From positions 331,886,001 through 331,950,000 of the forward strand of contig OZ024742.1 in NCBI GenBank assembly GCA_964016885.1: a DNA stretch of 64,000 nucleotides, read 5' to 3'. Source of the stretch: Eledone cirrhosa (taxonomy: Eukaryota). Shown one piece after another: positions 27,601 through 40,520 of this stretch. Within the stretch, counting starts at the first letter, position 1; the number at the start of each line of letters is the position of its first letter. The position numbers and the translations under genes are program-made. The notes beneath the pieces are model-generated. The model was not told the DNA's origin. It saw nothing but the letters and a program-made list of their open reading frames with translations, and made no database searches.

Positions 27601-27932
27601 AAACTAGAAATGTAGTGTATAGCATAAGATGTACTGAAGGACAATGTAGAGACAAAAATATAGTGTACATAGGCGAGACAGCTCGTAGTGTAGGGGAACG
27701 GATAAATGAACACTGGCGAGACCTTCAAGTTAATAAAGAATCATCTGTACTCTACCACCATGCTAAAATAGAACACAAGGGTAAATTAGAGAACATAGAA
27801 ATAAAAATAGAATCTACACACAGAAAAGACGCAATGTTTAGACAAATTACAGAGGCAATAAACATAAAAGAATTACAACCAAAATTAAATAGAAAATATG
27901 AGTGGAACAGCAACATCACAGCTTACAATTAA
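24697..27932 (+). pseudogene. PLE-B polyprotein (RT + GIY-YIG), 5'-truncated, with stops and frameshifts
   Basis: LPPKFA; EIEK*FTKLRW; PTDKYGR; GPPTRPVCGA; SMDV..LYPSID; GAAIGVSIAG; YSRYVHDI; LPVLD; VVYSIRC..YIGET. Confidence 0.9.
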
Positions 27933-28132
27933 GGACAAAATGAAAACACACACACACATAGAACAAACAACCAACCAGTAACATGTAAATAAACAAATAA
28001 ATAAATGAACATAAACACACACAGACACCCGGATGTGGCGCATGCGCAGACTGAGCACACAACACACACACATAAACAAAATGGCGTAGGACAGAACAAA
28101 GGAGAGGCACAGAAACAAAGAAAGGAATCCCC

Positions 28133-28177
28133 TATCTCTTAAGAGGTCACATAGTGTTTGACGAAAGAACTATGACT
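28133..28177 (+). ncRNA. PLE-B hammerhead, decayed core
   Basis: cttaaga g gtcac..tgac gaaa gaac ta tgact. Confidence 0.5.
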
Positions 28178-28389
28178 ATATATAAACAACTATCTGCTTG
28201 TGGAACCTACCAACCATCCAGAAATTTATAAATTTATAAATTTATTATAAATTTATTATAATAAATTGAAGTTAAAGCAAGTGGTGCGTGTGTTTCTTAT
28301 TGGCAACATGACCCTCCCAAAGTATAACAATATCGGTTTCAACACACGATTTCAGATAAAGAATCTTGCTAAACAAATTCAGAAACGAA

Positions 28390-28421
<32 letters not shown>

Positions 28422-28426
28422 GTATA

Positions 28427-28566
<140 letters not shown>

Positions 28567-28630
28567 TAAAAGACGTACAATAAGAAAATTTAAAATAAAA
28601 TTAAAAATTAACTTACTTACTACAATTTTC

Positions 28631-28712
28631 ACTCCAACTAATTAGTTTCTGTAATGGGATAAAGATAGTTACGTAATATAACCATCGAGAATTCATTACG
28701 TCATCAGGGAGT
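28631..28712 (-). ncRNA. Type I hammerhead with expanded stem II
   Basis: ACUCC-CUGAUGA-cGUAAUG..CAUUACa-GAAA-CUAAUUAG-UU^-GGAGU. Confidence 0.82.
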
Positions 28713-29175
28713 CTATTCTCAGCTAAGTCTCCAGGCAATGCGCGGACACTGGGGTCTCATACAAAAATAATAATAATTCGGTGGATGGAATAGCTAGCGG
28801 GGACTGGATTCCATGCACTGAAAAAGTTCGCTGTCTCTTGTCAAATGGCAGATTCTAAAGAATCAATCACGTGACACTGAGGCTAGTCGGAAGGAGTGGG
28901 TTTGTAAGATGACAAAAGCCTACTACCACACCAATGAATTAGTAGTGGATTTGGCAGGCTTGCTCAACAAATAAATAATTTGGAGATAGATATAGAGAAT
29001 TTAGTATATCTACCAACATATGCGTACAGATGCACACTAATGCTAGCAAATACATAAGTTATGTCATAGCACCTAGGTGGTTCAATGCAGGAGGATGCAG
29101 AACAATAAAATGAAAGACGTAAAATAAGAAAATAAAAAAAAACAATTAAAATTTAACTTACTTACTAAAATGTTC

Positions 29176-29257
29176 ACTCCAACTAATTAGTTTCTGTAAT
29201 GGGATAAAGGTAGTTACGTAAAATAACCATCGAGAATTCATTACGTCATCAGGGAGT
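29176..29257 (-). ncRNA. Type I hammerhead with expanded stem II
   Basis: Same fold as 28631-28712; predicted cleavage sites 545 nt apart. Confidence 0.82.
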
Positions 29258-29508
29258 CTATTCTCAGCTAAGTCTCCAGGCAATGCGCGGACACTGGGGA
29301 CTCATATAAAAATAATAATATTTCGGTGGATGGAACAGCTAGCGGGGACTGGATTCCATGCACTGAAAAAGTTCGCTGTCTCTGGTCAAATGGCAGATTC
29401 TAAAGAATCAATCACGTGACACTGAGGCTAGTCGGAAGGAGTGGGTTGGTAAGATGACAAAAGCCTACTACCACACCAATGAATTAGTAGTGGATTTGGC
29501 AGTAGTGG

Positions 29509-30462
29509 ATTTCATCAGTAATCTTCCAACCTTCATTGGTATTTCATCGCTTTAAAGAGCATATTTGATGGTCTTTATTCTCTCACGTCCACGATTTCAC
29601 AGAACTTATATTCATCGATTTCTGTGACTTGACTCCTTCATCCTCACTTTTCGTTGCATTACCTTCTTTGATTGTTTACAGTCTCGCTCGTTCCCCTTAT
29701 TTACGTGTCCCAGCGACTTTCTTTAGCCGTTGCTCACACCAACCGGAGGTATATGGTCTTTAAAGCGATGAAATACCAATGAAGGTTGGAAGATCACTGA
29801 TGAAAGACTAAATTTATTCATATGTAACACATTTGCAACCTCGCAGCACGTCTTGTTTTCATATTCACATATATATATTTTCCTCCGATGTGACCCGTCT
29901 TTTTCTTTCTTACTGGTTCCTCTTCCTCTGTATATCTCACTTCCCTTTCCCCCTCTAACAGTCACTCTCTCTGTTAGCCACTTCTTCACCCTTCACTCAC
30001 TCACTCTCTGCTACTCCCTCTGCTACTTCGTCCGGTTTGACCTGTGCGAGATTCTTTCTTCACGCACACTTTGACCAGGTTGATTGTTCCTTTTTTTCTC
30101 TCTTGTCTACTATTTCACAGAACTTATGTTCACCGAATTCAGGGACTAGACTCCTTCTTCCTCCCGCTTGACCTGTGCGAAATTCTTTCCTTGCTCACAT
30201 TTCGACTAGGTTTGATGGTCTTTATTCTCTCTCGTCAAAGATTTCACAGAACTTATATTCATCGATTTCTGGGACTTGACTCCTTCTTCCTCACTTATCG
30301 TTGCATTACCATCTTTGATTGTTTACAGTCTCGCTCGTTCCCCTTATTTACGTGACCCACGACTTTCTTTAGCCGTAGCTCGCACCAACCGGAGGTATAT
30401 AGTCTTTAAAGCGATGAAATACCAATGAAGGTTGGAAGATCACAGATGAAGGACTAAATGTA

Positions 30463-30466
<4 letters not shown>
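29509..30466. repeat. Non-coding element with direct (29565-29822 / 30211-30466) and inverted (29509-29555 / ~29755-29803) repeats
   Basis: Visible sequence identity; ends at (TA)n. Confidence 0.6.
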
Positions 30467-30508
<42 letters not shown>

Positions 30509-30633
30509 TATGAATGAAAAGTATAAAAATTATTGTAGCAAGAAGCCAACAGTATTCCATAATATATAAGTGACTATAGCGTCAAAATGCGTTTAATTAA
30601 GCATACAGTGTATTGCAAAATTCACTATATACA

Positions 30634-30716
<83 letters not shown>

Positions 30717-30719
<3 letters not shown>

Positions 30720-31340
30720 ATTAACCTCTCATTCTCTACCACCCCTAATATTAGTTCTCATTTAGCTAGCACTAATAATAGGAAAATTAGGGATGGATTC
30801 TCCTCTCTACATACTACTAGTCTGAACAGATCTGACAATGCTTTACCACCAGAACAGTCCTTATCTAATAGAAATCCTACGTGTAATACATCACCACTCG
30901 AGCAAACCAATAACACCCGGAAGTGCAATTGTAGAGTGAGTGCTAACTGCCCTTTAAACGGTAACTGCCTTTCTAAGAACATTGTCTACGCTTGCGAAGT
31001 TATAACTAATTCCTCTAATAGAACTTATATAGGATCTACTTCAAACACTTTTAAGACTAGGTTTAACTCTCATATCTCTAACTTCAAACATGTTAAGTTT
31101 CAGAATTCTACTTCTTTAGCACAATATATCTGGGATCTTAAGGGAGCTTATATATCATATAGCCTTAACTGGCGTTTAGTAGCACGCTCTAACCACCTTT
31201 CTACACATACTAAGTTTTGTAATCTCTGTATCCTTGAGACACACTCTATAATTTTCTCTAGCGTATCCTTACTTAATAGAAAGTCTGAGATATTCTCTTC
31301 TTGCCCCCACGCTATTTCTAATTCTTACTTTTATTATTAA
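30717..31340 (+). pseudogene. PLE-C GIY-YIG endonuclease domain
   Basis: ORF 30936-31340 plus upstream in-frame linker; homologous to the PLE-A endonuclease. Confidence 0.85.
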
Positions 31341-33203
31341 CCCAAACGTTCTAGTAGTACAAATTGTACCCATTAGCAGATATATTCCATTACTTATTTT
31401 TTAGTTTAGGTTCTTTTGTTTGCCAACATTATTATTATCATCATTATTATCATTGGTTTTTGATGACTCTTTATTCTAGCTCTCATAATCATTTGGCTAC
31501 TGTACCATATCTGTCTTCTTACGCATTGAATTTTCACTATTACACCTTGTGAATATATATAAGATTACATACTTTACGCCATTTACTTTATTTTATTATT
31601 ATCTTCATTTTTATTTTTAATTTTATTTTTAATTTTATTTTTAATTTTATTTTTATTTTTATTTTTATTCAGATTCATCTTTGGATACCCCCCTCCCCTC
31701 CCCCCTCCCCCTCCACCCATGCGCACATAAACTTATTGTCAACCCCTCCAAATTGACTATGATTATAATTAACCCCCCCCCCCCTTTTACGCTCCGTTCT
31801 ATTATTTATTATAGTATATCGACTATATTTTATGCCCCTTTGCATCCTCCATATATTTCTTCAATTCTGTCCCCATTAGCCTACCTTAATTCTACTTAAG
31901 TCAGTTTTTTAGATATCGTTATGTATATGATAGTAACAAATTTCATTCCTTTTTGTAAACATTTGTAACGAAACATTAAAGTTTATAAACTTTAATGACT
32001 TAAACTATAGCTAATATTATACTACCTTATTGGATAGCTTAAATATTTTTTAATATTAATTTATCAAATAGGGTTTTGAGTCATTTACAGGGATTGTTTT
32101 CCTTAGTTTTTACCTAACTACTTAACCGCATGTGAGACCTAAATATATATATTTGTTTTTGTTTTGTAATTTCCGGTTGATTATATTTATTTATTTTATT
32201 CTATATTTTATATTCTATATTTTATTTGAAATACTACTCGGCATCATATTTACTATTTACTATTCACTGTCTGGCACTTACTTACACATCCACATATGTC
32301 TGTCTACTAACCTTGTAATTATAAGTATTTATATATTATTTTATGTCAATTTATTTTATATAATATATTATATTATATTGTATTGTAATATTGATCCTTA
32401 TTACTTACTGTTCATTATATGTAACATTATGATATTTAAACTTTATATATCATGTATGATGTCCGTATTTATTTCTGTACCATCATAATGTTTTTGGAGT
32501 ATTGTATAATTTATTTTTCCTCATTTACTCTGTAACCCAGTATGAATTGATTTGTATATATTGTTTATTGTAAATGTTAGTACATTGTTAATATATATTA
32601 TTATTATATTATTATTGTGACATCTATATTGTTTGTGTAAATTAACCGGGGATTATCTATTATATTGAATTATATAATTTTATTGTTTATTATTTATTAT
32701 ATGTGTTTCTTGTAATTATATCATATTATTACCTCATGTATATTGGGTAGATGTATTGGTATTATTATTATTATTATTTTCACTCTTATGCTTATTTTTA
32801 TATTCAAACTCCTAATAAGGTTTAATTTGTGTAGTTGAAGATAGATGTGCGTATTGTTGTATGTGTGTGTGTGTGTGCGTGTGCGCACATATATACATGT
32901 GCATATTGTACCTTTTGATTTTTATTGTAATTTTATGTTGGTAAAGGTATATTATTATATTATATTACATTGTGTTATATATAATTCCTGCTCTATATAA
33001 CCACCTTTGTTTAGATCTAGGTTATTTGCTTTGGACTATATTTGTAATATGGTTCTTAATGTTATATACATCCTTATTTATGCTTATTATATATTTTTAT
33101 TATTTTTATTATATATTTTTGCAAGACTTTAGTGTATGTACACTCCATATTCTTCGGAGCTTCCGGCTTGTATCTGCCGATATTACTTCTTGTTGTTTAA
33201 ATT

Positions 33204-33243
33204 GCCCTGATGAGTCCTTAATAGGACGAAACATTGTCGGCTC
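33204..33243 (+). ncRNA. Canonical minimal type I hammerhead (PLE-C 3' end)
   Basis: GCC-CUGAUGA-GUCCU uaau AGGAC-GAAA-C auu G-UC^-GGC. Confidence 0.9.
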
Positions 33244-33290
33244 ATAAAAACTTCTTTGTTTTACTCTCTTAATATATATATATATATACA

Positions 33291-33344
<54 letters not shown>

Positions 33345-33351
<7 letters not shown>

Positions 33352-33763
33352 TTAAGTCGTTTGGAAGCCTCGACAATGCAAATGGGTAAATCTCCGGGTA
33401 ACAAGATCCGGTGGTGGAGAGAGAGATGTAAGTGGGTGTATGTTGAGATGCGTGGTGTGTATAAGACGTGTAGAGGAATGAAAGAAAGAGTATAAAGGAT
33501 AAAATTAAAATAACACGTGTTGTTATTTTCATTTTATCCTTTATACTCTTTGTTCCATTCCTCTACACGTCTTATACACACCACTCATGTTGTTATTTTA
33601 ATTTTATCCTTTATACTCTTTCTTTCATTCATCTACACGTCTTATACACACCACGCATCTCAACATACACCCACTTACATCTCTCTCTCTCCACCACCGG
33701 ATCTTGTTACCCGGAGATTTACCTATTTGCATTGTCGAGGCTTCCAAATGACTTAAAGATATT
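33345..33763. repeat. Fold-back repeat (~175-bp arms plus internal partial copy)
   Basis: 33345-33516 is inverted against ~33588-33763. Confidence 0.75.
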
Positions 33764-33938
33764 TACCTATTATTCCACAATGCTTCAAGCAAACTTCAAT
33801 ACTCTCATATATATGAATGTATATAGTGAATTTTTCAATACAGTGTATGCTTAATTAAAAGCTTTTTGAAGAACATACACTACTGTTTTAAAGTAGTGAC
33901 TATGTCGCTTACTTCTATTTTCTCAAACGAGGGGAGAT

Positions 33939-33984
33939 AAGCTGACAGAACTCTGTTTTGTACTGTTGGTACTTATCAAAGCCT
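33939..33984 (-). ncRNA. U3-A8 hammerhead, G12 mutated
   Basis: AGGCU-UUGAUAA-GUAC caaca GUAC-AAAA-CAGAGUUCUG-UC^-AGCUU. Confidence 0.55.
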
Positions 33985-34132
33985 AGTATTCCTCCCGTTT
34001 GCTGAAAATTATGAATGTTATATTTTCAATTTTTATTGGACCGGCTACGGCTCTGTATAATCAGTTCCTGATTATTACTAGAATTCTATAAGAAACCAAC
34101 ATTCATAATTTTCAGCAAACGGGAGGAGTACT

Positions 34133-34178
34133 AGGCTTTGATAAGTACCAACAGTTCGAAACAGAGATCTGTCAGCTT
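34133..34178 (+). ncRNA. U3-A8 hammerhead
   Basis: aggct ttgataa gtac caaca gttc gaaa cagagatctg tc agctt. Confidence 0.7.
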
Positions 34179-34334
34179 ATCTCCCCTTGTTTGCTGAAAA
34201 TAGAAATAAGTGGCATGGTCACTACTTTAAAACAGTAGCGTAAGGTCGTCAAAATGCTTTTAATTAAGCATACAGTGTATTGTCAAATACAGTATATATA
34301 TATTCATATATATATCGCTATTTCAGAGCATTAA

Positions 34335-34430
<96 letters not shown>

Positions 34431-34437
34431 TATATAT

Positions 34438-34572
34438 ATTTATTAAAATAACAGATTGAAGTTAAAGCAAAGAATCGCTGCTTTCACACTTAACGGGATC
34501 TTCTGAAGATCCCGTTAAGGGTGAAAGCAGCAATTATTTTCTTAAACTTTAATCTGTTATCCTAATAAATAT
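34438..34572. repeat. Short fold-back centred on a truncated hammerhead core
   Basis: Symmetry axis ~34503; ctgaaga t ccc gttaa ggg t gaaa gca..; stem I 5' arm missing. Confidence 0.55.
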
Positions 34573-34732
34573 TTGCACTACGAGCTCTCTTTGGATTTTA
34601 GTCTTCAAATTTATTATTATTACTATATGTATATATATATATATATATATGTATATATAAAGAAAAAAAGATGAAAACGAAAATGCAACTGGAGTCTTAC
34701 TTTTAAAAAATATATATATATTTATTTGGATC

Positions 34733-34768
34733 CTTTTCCGGTTTCGCAGTTCTTCTGCTTTTCAAAAG
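34733..34768 (-). ncRNA. Possible decayed U3-A8 hammerhead (second family)
   Basis: CUU-UUGAAAA-GCAG aagaa CUGC-GAAA-CCGG-aa-AAG; U16.1 replaced; inside the IR element 34660-34850. Confidence 0.4.
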
Positions 34769-35029
34769 TACAGTTGAGATGGAGAGTCTGTGGTTTTTCC
34801 CACATCTTAAAAATAAGACTCCAGTTGTATTTTCGAATTCATCTTCTTTATACTTTCACTGGTGTAGGACACCTCGCTTATTTTTCATTTTGTAGAAAAA
34901 ACTCACTTTCTAATATATATATATATATATAGATATAGATATGTGTGTGTGTCTGATGGTAGCTATGTAAATATATATATATATATAATATATTAACAAT
35001 TGGAAACTGTATTTATAAAACGATATTTA

Positions 35030-35090
35030 TTTCATTATACATATTTCAAGGACACCAAAGCAAATTATGGTGCGCTTTCATCAGATAAAA
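35030..35090 (-). ncRNA. Type I hammerhead (family of the 10311 and 45705 elements)
   Basis: UUUUAU-CUGAUGA-AAGcGCACCA..UGGUGUcCUU-GAAA-UAUGUA-UA^-AUGAAA; within fold-back ~34987-35320. Confidence 0.65.
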
Positions 35091-35400
35091 TATAATATAG
35101 ATCAGTTTTATAAACAAATATTGATATACTCTTAAAGAATGCGACCATGTCGGTTGGAAGCTCCTGGATAGTGCGGTTGCTAATTTTATTATTCGTCTAT
35201 TATGCAAATTAGTGTCGGAGAGGTTTAAATCCCGTACATTTAAATTAAGCCGTTGGAATAGGGTTATATAAATATGGTTTTATAAATATAGTTTCCATTT
35301 ATCAATATATTGTATTTTTACTCCAATAATTTGTTAAGTGCTTTATATCAGTTATAAAAATATTTGCTTGTTGTATCCCAACAAATTAAATATAACTTCT

Positions 35401-35514
<114 letters not shown>

Positions 35515-36210
35515 ATGTATATAATACGTATGTATTTTGTATATGTATATATGTGTATATGATAATCTTTTTGTTATTTTTATTTTCTCCTTTTTCTTCT
35601 TCGCACACTTATCCTGCACCAGCTTCTGTTATTTATTCACTCAATTCAGCCTTCTGTCTTCCATCATATGTGAATACAACCACGAGATAGTTGAAATTAT
35701 CCACATTATGCAGAGGAATACCAGTCACATATAGATTGCACTGTGCAGGCTTCGTTGAGAAGACGAGTGTCTCAGTCCTGGCGCACTATTTTTGTTATTG
35801 TCTTGCAGCAAACCGCAATCTCCATACATCAGTTTGCCACACTAGCTTAACAAGGAAATGCATTTATTATGTGGGCAATCTCACTTGTCTACTTCTTTTG
35901 AAAATTGGCATTATCACTCACAATTGACATGGCAAGCATGCCTTTACAATTGATCCAGACTGCTTGTACACACGTTTCAGCCAGATAATACGTTCAATAT
36001 TTTACGCTTTAAACCATCGGGCGAACTTCGGGCTGAACTTCATCCTCTCGGGTTTGGATGATCAGTAAGATATTTTTTATTAAATATATATATATGGGGT
36101 GGGGGCTTGGGGGATGTAGGTGTGTGTGGGCGTGTGTGTGTATGTGTGTGTGTGTATGTGTGTGTGTCTGTGAGTGTATGTGTGTTTGTGTGTGTTTGTA
36201 TAATTTACAT

Positions 36211-36450
36211 GGGGCTCAACTTGAAAAATTCAAACTCTACTCTCTCCAAAGCAGTCGTGAGCGCTACACCATCTGTATGTTGGGAGAAATATTTTATCAA
36301 TATCGCCAAATGATATTGGCATCACCTGTAAAATCCATCAAACTGTTGGTCTTCGTGTTGTCGGCCCACTAAAAAACAAAACAATCTCGTATCTCATAGC
36401 AACGAAAATACACAACTACTTCCCTTCAACATGCCCCTCTCACTTTAAAA
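36211..36450 (+). mobile_element. 3' fragment of a CR1/L2/Jockey-group LINE
   Basis: EKFKLYSLQSSRERYTICMLGEIF resembles the conserved LKLYSLQRRRERY C-terminal motif. Confidence 0.55.
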
Positions 36451-36814
36451 TCATACCGAAATACATTAAAACAGAGAGATATATCATAATATTTAATCGT
36501 TTCCTTGGCAAATTTCTCCAAGAAATGACAGATAAAAACCAACACTATGATATGTCTCATTACACAACAACTCTTTACTAGAATGGGCCATGGCATCCGG
36601 AACCTGACTATGTTGTGAGCTCGTTATTTGGAAGACATTTCTAGGTGGTGCTATTAGGTTAGACATGGCCTATTCAACACTGGCTGAAAGCTATCAATGT
36701 TATAGATACATCTGTTATGTGTGTATATATATATATTTATATTTTGAGTATATGTTGGTTGTTTACATACACGCATATGATCTCTATGCTAAAATGGGAA
36801 CTGTAGTCCTCTTC

Positions 36815-37260
36815 ATTTCCGGATTTTAACACTCGGGTTCTGGGGTATTACACTCCACCCTTGTCTCATTTGCTCTTGAAACGCACCACACAATGATAGT
36901 GTAAAGATTGATTCTGACACAACTTTTCTACTTCGGTCAATATCTTCCAAATCCTTCAAACTTTGAGATTGGTTATAACACACACGCATTTTATTTTATT
37001 ATTTTTACTTTATTTTATTTTATTTTACTCTTTTATTTCTTTATTTTATTCTTTTATTTCCGGATTTTAACACTCAGGCTATGGTGTCTTAAACTCCACC
37101 CTTGTCTCATTTGCTCTTAAAACACACCACACCATGATAGTGTAAAATTGTGATCCTTTGCACTTCTTGATTCTGACACAGCCTTTCTACTTCGGTCAAT
37201 ATCTTCCAATTCTTTCAAACTTTGAGATTGGTTATAACACACACGCATTTTATTTGATTA
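36815..37260. repeat. Two-copy direct repeat (~240-260 bp) with T-rich spacers
   Basis: tttcccggattttaacactc..ggttataacacacacgcatttta repeated. Confidence 0.75.
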
Positions 37261-37922
37261 TCTTATTTTATTCTTTTATTATCTTATTCCTTTTAATATT
37301 TTATCATTTTTTGTTTATTTAATTTCTTATTTTCTTATTTTATTTTATTTTATTTTATTTTATTCTATTTTACTTTTTTACTTCCTCATTTTACTTTATC
37401 TTATTTCTTCATCTGCTTTGCACCACCACCCCTACCCCCACCACCACCACGAGAAATGGCGCAGGATAGATGCCAACACACACTCACAAATTCTTCTAAA
37501 AATAGCAGCAGCCGGACTTAAGCAGAGCCCAACACCAACACAACTACCAACATAAGGGAGGAAGTCAGCTGTACTTAACAAAAACAACCACTACAGATTG
37601 CCTTGCCTCAGAAAGAATTTCTATAGACTTTTGACTGAGGAATGTTCTCACAACTGACCAATGGGAGGAGAGTGTGTCCTTCGACGCTGAAATTCGTTTG
37701 TTCGAATTCATATGATTCCAGTTCCTCAGAGAAATAACAACCCAACCAGGAACTGGGCATATCGGAGTATTGACGGAGTTAAACAGCTCAACAACATGTG
37801 TACCCGTCTCTACCACACCAATTCGGAGTGCCTAAAGAGGCCACAGCCAAAGATGGCTGTCACCTAAATATATATAGTAGTAATAAACGAAGCCAAATTT
37901 TAAATATTTGACTTATTTATTT

Positions 37923-37973
<51 letters not shown>

Positions 37974-38009
37974 TCATTTGGTCACATTCCGTGACAGTAT
38001 CTTGGTCAG

Positions 38010-38042
<33 letters not shown>

Positions 38043-38044
<2 letters not shown>

Positions 38045-38240
38045 GCTGACCAAGATACTGTCATGGAATGTGACCAAATGAGGTTTACTTTTCAACATAG
38101 TTCCCCTCGCGGTTCACATAATTGTTCCATCGGGATTGCAATGGTTGGATCCCATTGGTGAACAACCTTTCATCCTGTTGGTATAAACGTCACCAGCAGA
38201 AGATACGATATCATCATGACAGCGATACTGTTTCCCAACC
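38043..38240 (+). mobile_element. Probable Tc1/mariner-derived MITE fragment
   Basis: caaatgaggtttacttttcaacatag..gttccatcgg..ggatcccattggt resembles mariner subterminal sequence (recollection, not searched). Confidence 0.4.
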
Positions 38241-40402
38241 TTGTTTTTCATGTGTTTGTAGAGGAGAGTGTCAGTATACTTTCTTTTGTGTGGCTTTCGT
38301 AATTTGTCTTTTCCGGTTTTTCGGCTCTAATTGTGGATTAGATCATTACATAAATGTTATATATTGTGCTCCGATGTTCTAGTTTCTATTATTAGTATAC
38401 CACTGACTAGCTTTTTTGCTGTTTAGATTTCACCAGTCTTCCTTCAGTCTCTCTCCTCTGCTACCGGCTGTCTCACATGAATATGACGATGTCGTTTTGC
38501 TGCACCGTATCTTTATACACCTAATACAAAACAATTAATTCCTAGTTTTGCCATTTGCATTGCACATACAGTTGGTATTCTTAAAATGTTATGTTCTAGT
38601 GATCAGGGATTTTATGGGAGTTCCTAGATATTCCACTACTCTATTTCTATATCTAAGGCTCTCTTAAATTCTAGGGGTAGCGGCAAGGAAAATCATTCTC
38701 TAGTATTTTTGGCTGACAAATCATGATTGGGAATACTATTTTCCTCTTATTCTTTTCAAAGCTATTTCATGATTTGCTCCAGTATAGCGGGTAAATCCCA
38801 TACGAGTGATATTTCTGAGTTTTAGCCATAACATTTTTGTACATCCTGATCTTGTATTCACAGAACTGCATGTGTTGGATGAGGTGCTGTATGTGTCTCA
38901 CTAACTCCCTACCTCTGTTTAATGGTACATGCAGCACATATATTTCGTTACACTTTGTAGGTCCGCTATCAAGATATTGAACTTAGTAACATCTGAGGTT
39001 GCAGAGATCCGGTGGATCAGCTATTTAGAGATAATTATGTTTGACAACTAAGCAACCTAACCACAGACTACATGTGTTACAGACAAAACTCTAGCGGAAA
39101 ACTAAGAATACCGAAGCTCAAATCCCCCATTCGCATTATGGTAAACACGTGGCCTCCCTTACTTTGAAATCCATCAATAAATATTTTTTTTTTATATATG
39201 TAAATCTCATTAGAGTATTTATTAATCAATCTGTCTATATAACCGTTATGCAATCGCAAGTGCAATTTCGCCTTTATTGTATTAAAAAAACAATTTTAAA
39301 TATAACATACAAAAATATATGAAAAATACATTTTCACTTTTTGATATTTCAGAAATGTACTAATATTGCTCATTAAATTTGTTTTTCGCTTTCACCCATT
39401 ATATTGTTATGAGAAGAGTCACTGCTAGTGTGATACGTGATAAAGAATGAAGATTGTTGTAATCAGCTAACTATAGACCGACAAGAACAGATTAGATTTC
39501 CTGAAAGTCTCCATACGGATTATACAGTCAATAGCAAGTATATTTCCCAACATTACTCCGACGCGATCAAGTCAGTACTTGAATATTCCCGATAGAATTA
39601 TCAACAGAATAATCATTATTCATTATCAATGAATTTAAATTTTTATTTCACATTTCAAAAGAAGGATTAACATCGTCTATAACTACCAGGCGCCACGTTT
39701 CCTTTAAACTTGTGAGTTCCTTGTTAAGTTAATATCTCGTTTTCAAATTCTAAGATTTCTACCGCATAAATGTGTCTGGTTTGTTCTATAACAGGCGAGG
39801 TGGAGTGGGTGGTGTGAGTGGGTGTGGGGGTGCGGGTATGTGTGTGTGTGTATTTGGGTAATAAGTGTAAGATGATAAAATGTCTGCTTCTAGTGTCACC
39901 CAACGACTTGCAAGCATACCTACTAATTCCTTATGAAATGATTCCTGAAAAATAATTTTATAATCGTATTTACAAATCTTTCTCTAGTTGAAAAGCTAAA
40001 ACCACAACAGATTTTAAGAGATTGGTTGTCTGTTCCTGTAAGATTATACAATTAAATCTCAGATATTTAGAAGCCGCGAATAAAAACTTCAAAGCATTTT
40101 GTCTGAAACATTACTGAATCCTCCGTATTTTAAAGCTCATCCTTTTTCTCGACATAAGATAGAACTAGAGTTCCATGGAGAATAGTGTTTGAAAAAAAGC
40201 GAGCAAAGAGTTACAAGAATTCGGGTCAGACTTTCGACGACATGATAACTTCCTCTCCTCCTACCAGTCTTGGAAGAACGAAAGGCTCGTTGTTGTAACC
40301 CTTCATACTCGACTGAGCAGTAAAAGCATAATAGCAATAATAACAGTATTGATTTCTGATATATATCTGAAACAGCATAGAGTAACGGCTCTTTACGATA
40401 TG

Positions 40403-40520
40403 GGTTCAAATCCCGCCGAGGTTAACTTTGCCTTTCATCCTTACGGGGTCGATAAAATAAACTACCAGTAATGCACTGGGATAATTGCTGATCTTCTGTC
40501 AAAAGTAGAAACAATTATTA
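40403..40520 (+). mobile_element. SINE, 5' part decayed
   Basis: ggttcaaatcccgccgaggttaactttgcctttcatcc..gtagaaacaattatta. Confidence 0.8.

Larger units (their letters stand above)
23865..28390 (+). mobile_element. Penelope-like element B with inverted 5' pLTR
   Basis: 23865-24696 is the reverse complement of ~27500-28330; RT+GIY-YIG ORF between; HHRs in both arms; (TA)n on both sides. Confidence 0.9.
30717..33270 (+). mobile_element. 5'-truncated Penelope-like element C (GIY-YIG, ~1.9-kb AT-rich 3' region, HHR)
   Basis: CNCRVSANCPLNGNCL..VYACEV..YIGSTSNTFKTRFNSH..CNLCILE..LNRKSE..CPH; (TA)n on both sides. Confidence 0.85.
33808..34342. mobile_element. Fold-back non-coding element with U3-A8 hammerheads
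   Basis: 33808-34020 is inverted against ~34098-34312; same family as 48660-49362 and a fragment at ~30578-30640. Confidence 0.8.

Noticed and set aside
29755-29815. GAAA...CTGATGA as a type II/III hammerhead
   Set aside because: Stems cannot be closed consistently, and the second copy reads cagatga
37455-37860. Possible 5' part of a LINE ORF1 or a host exon
   Set aside because: Multiple stops and no diagnostic motif; cannot be supported
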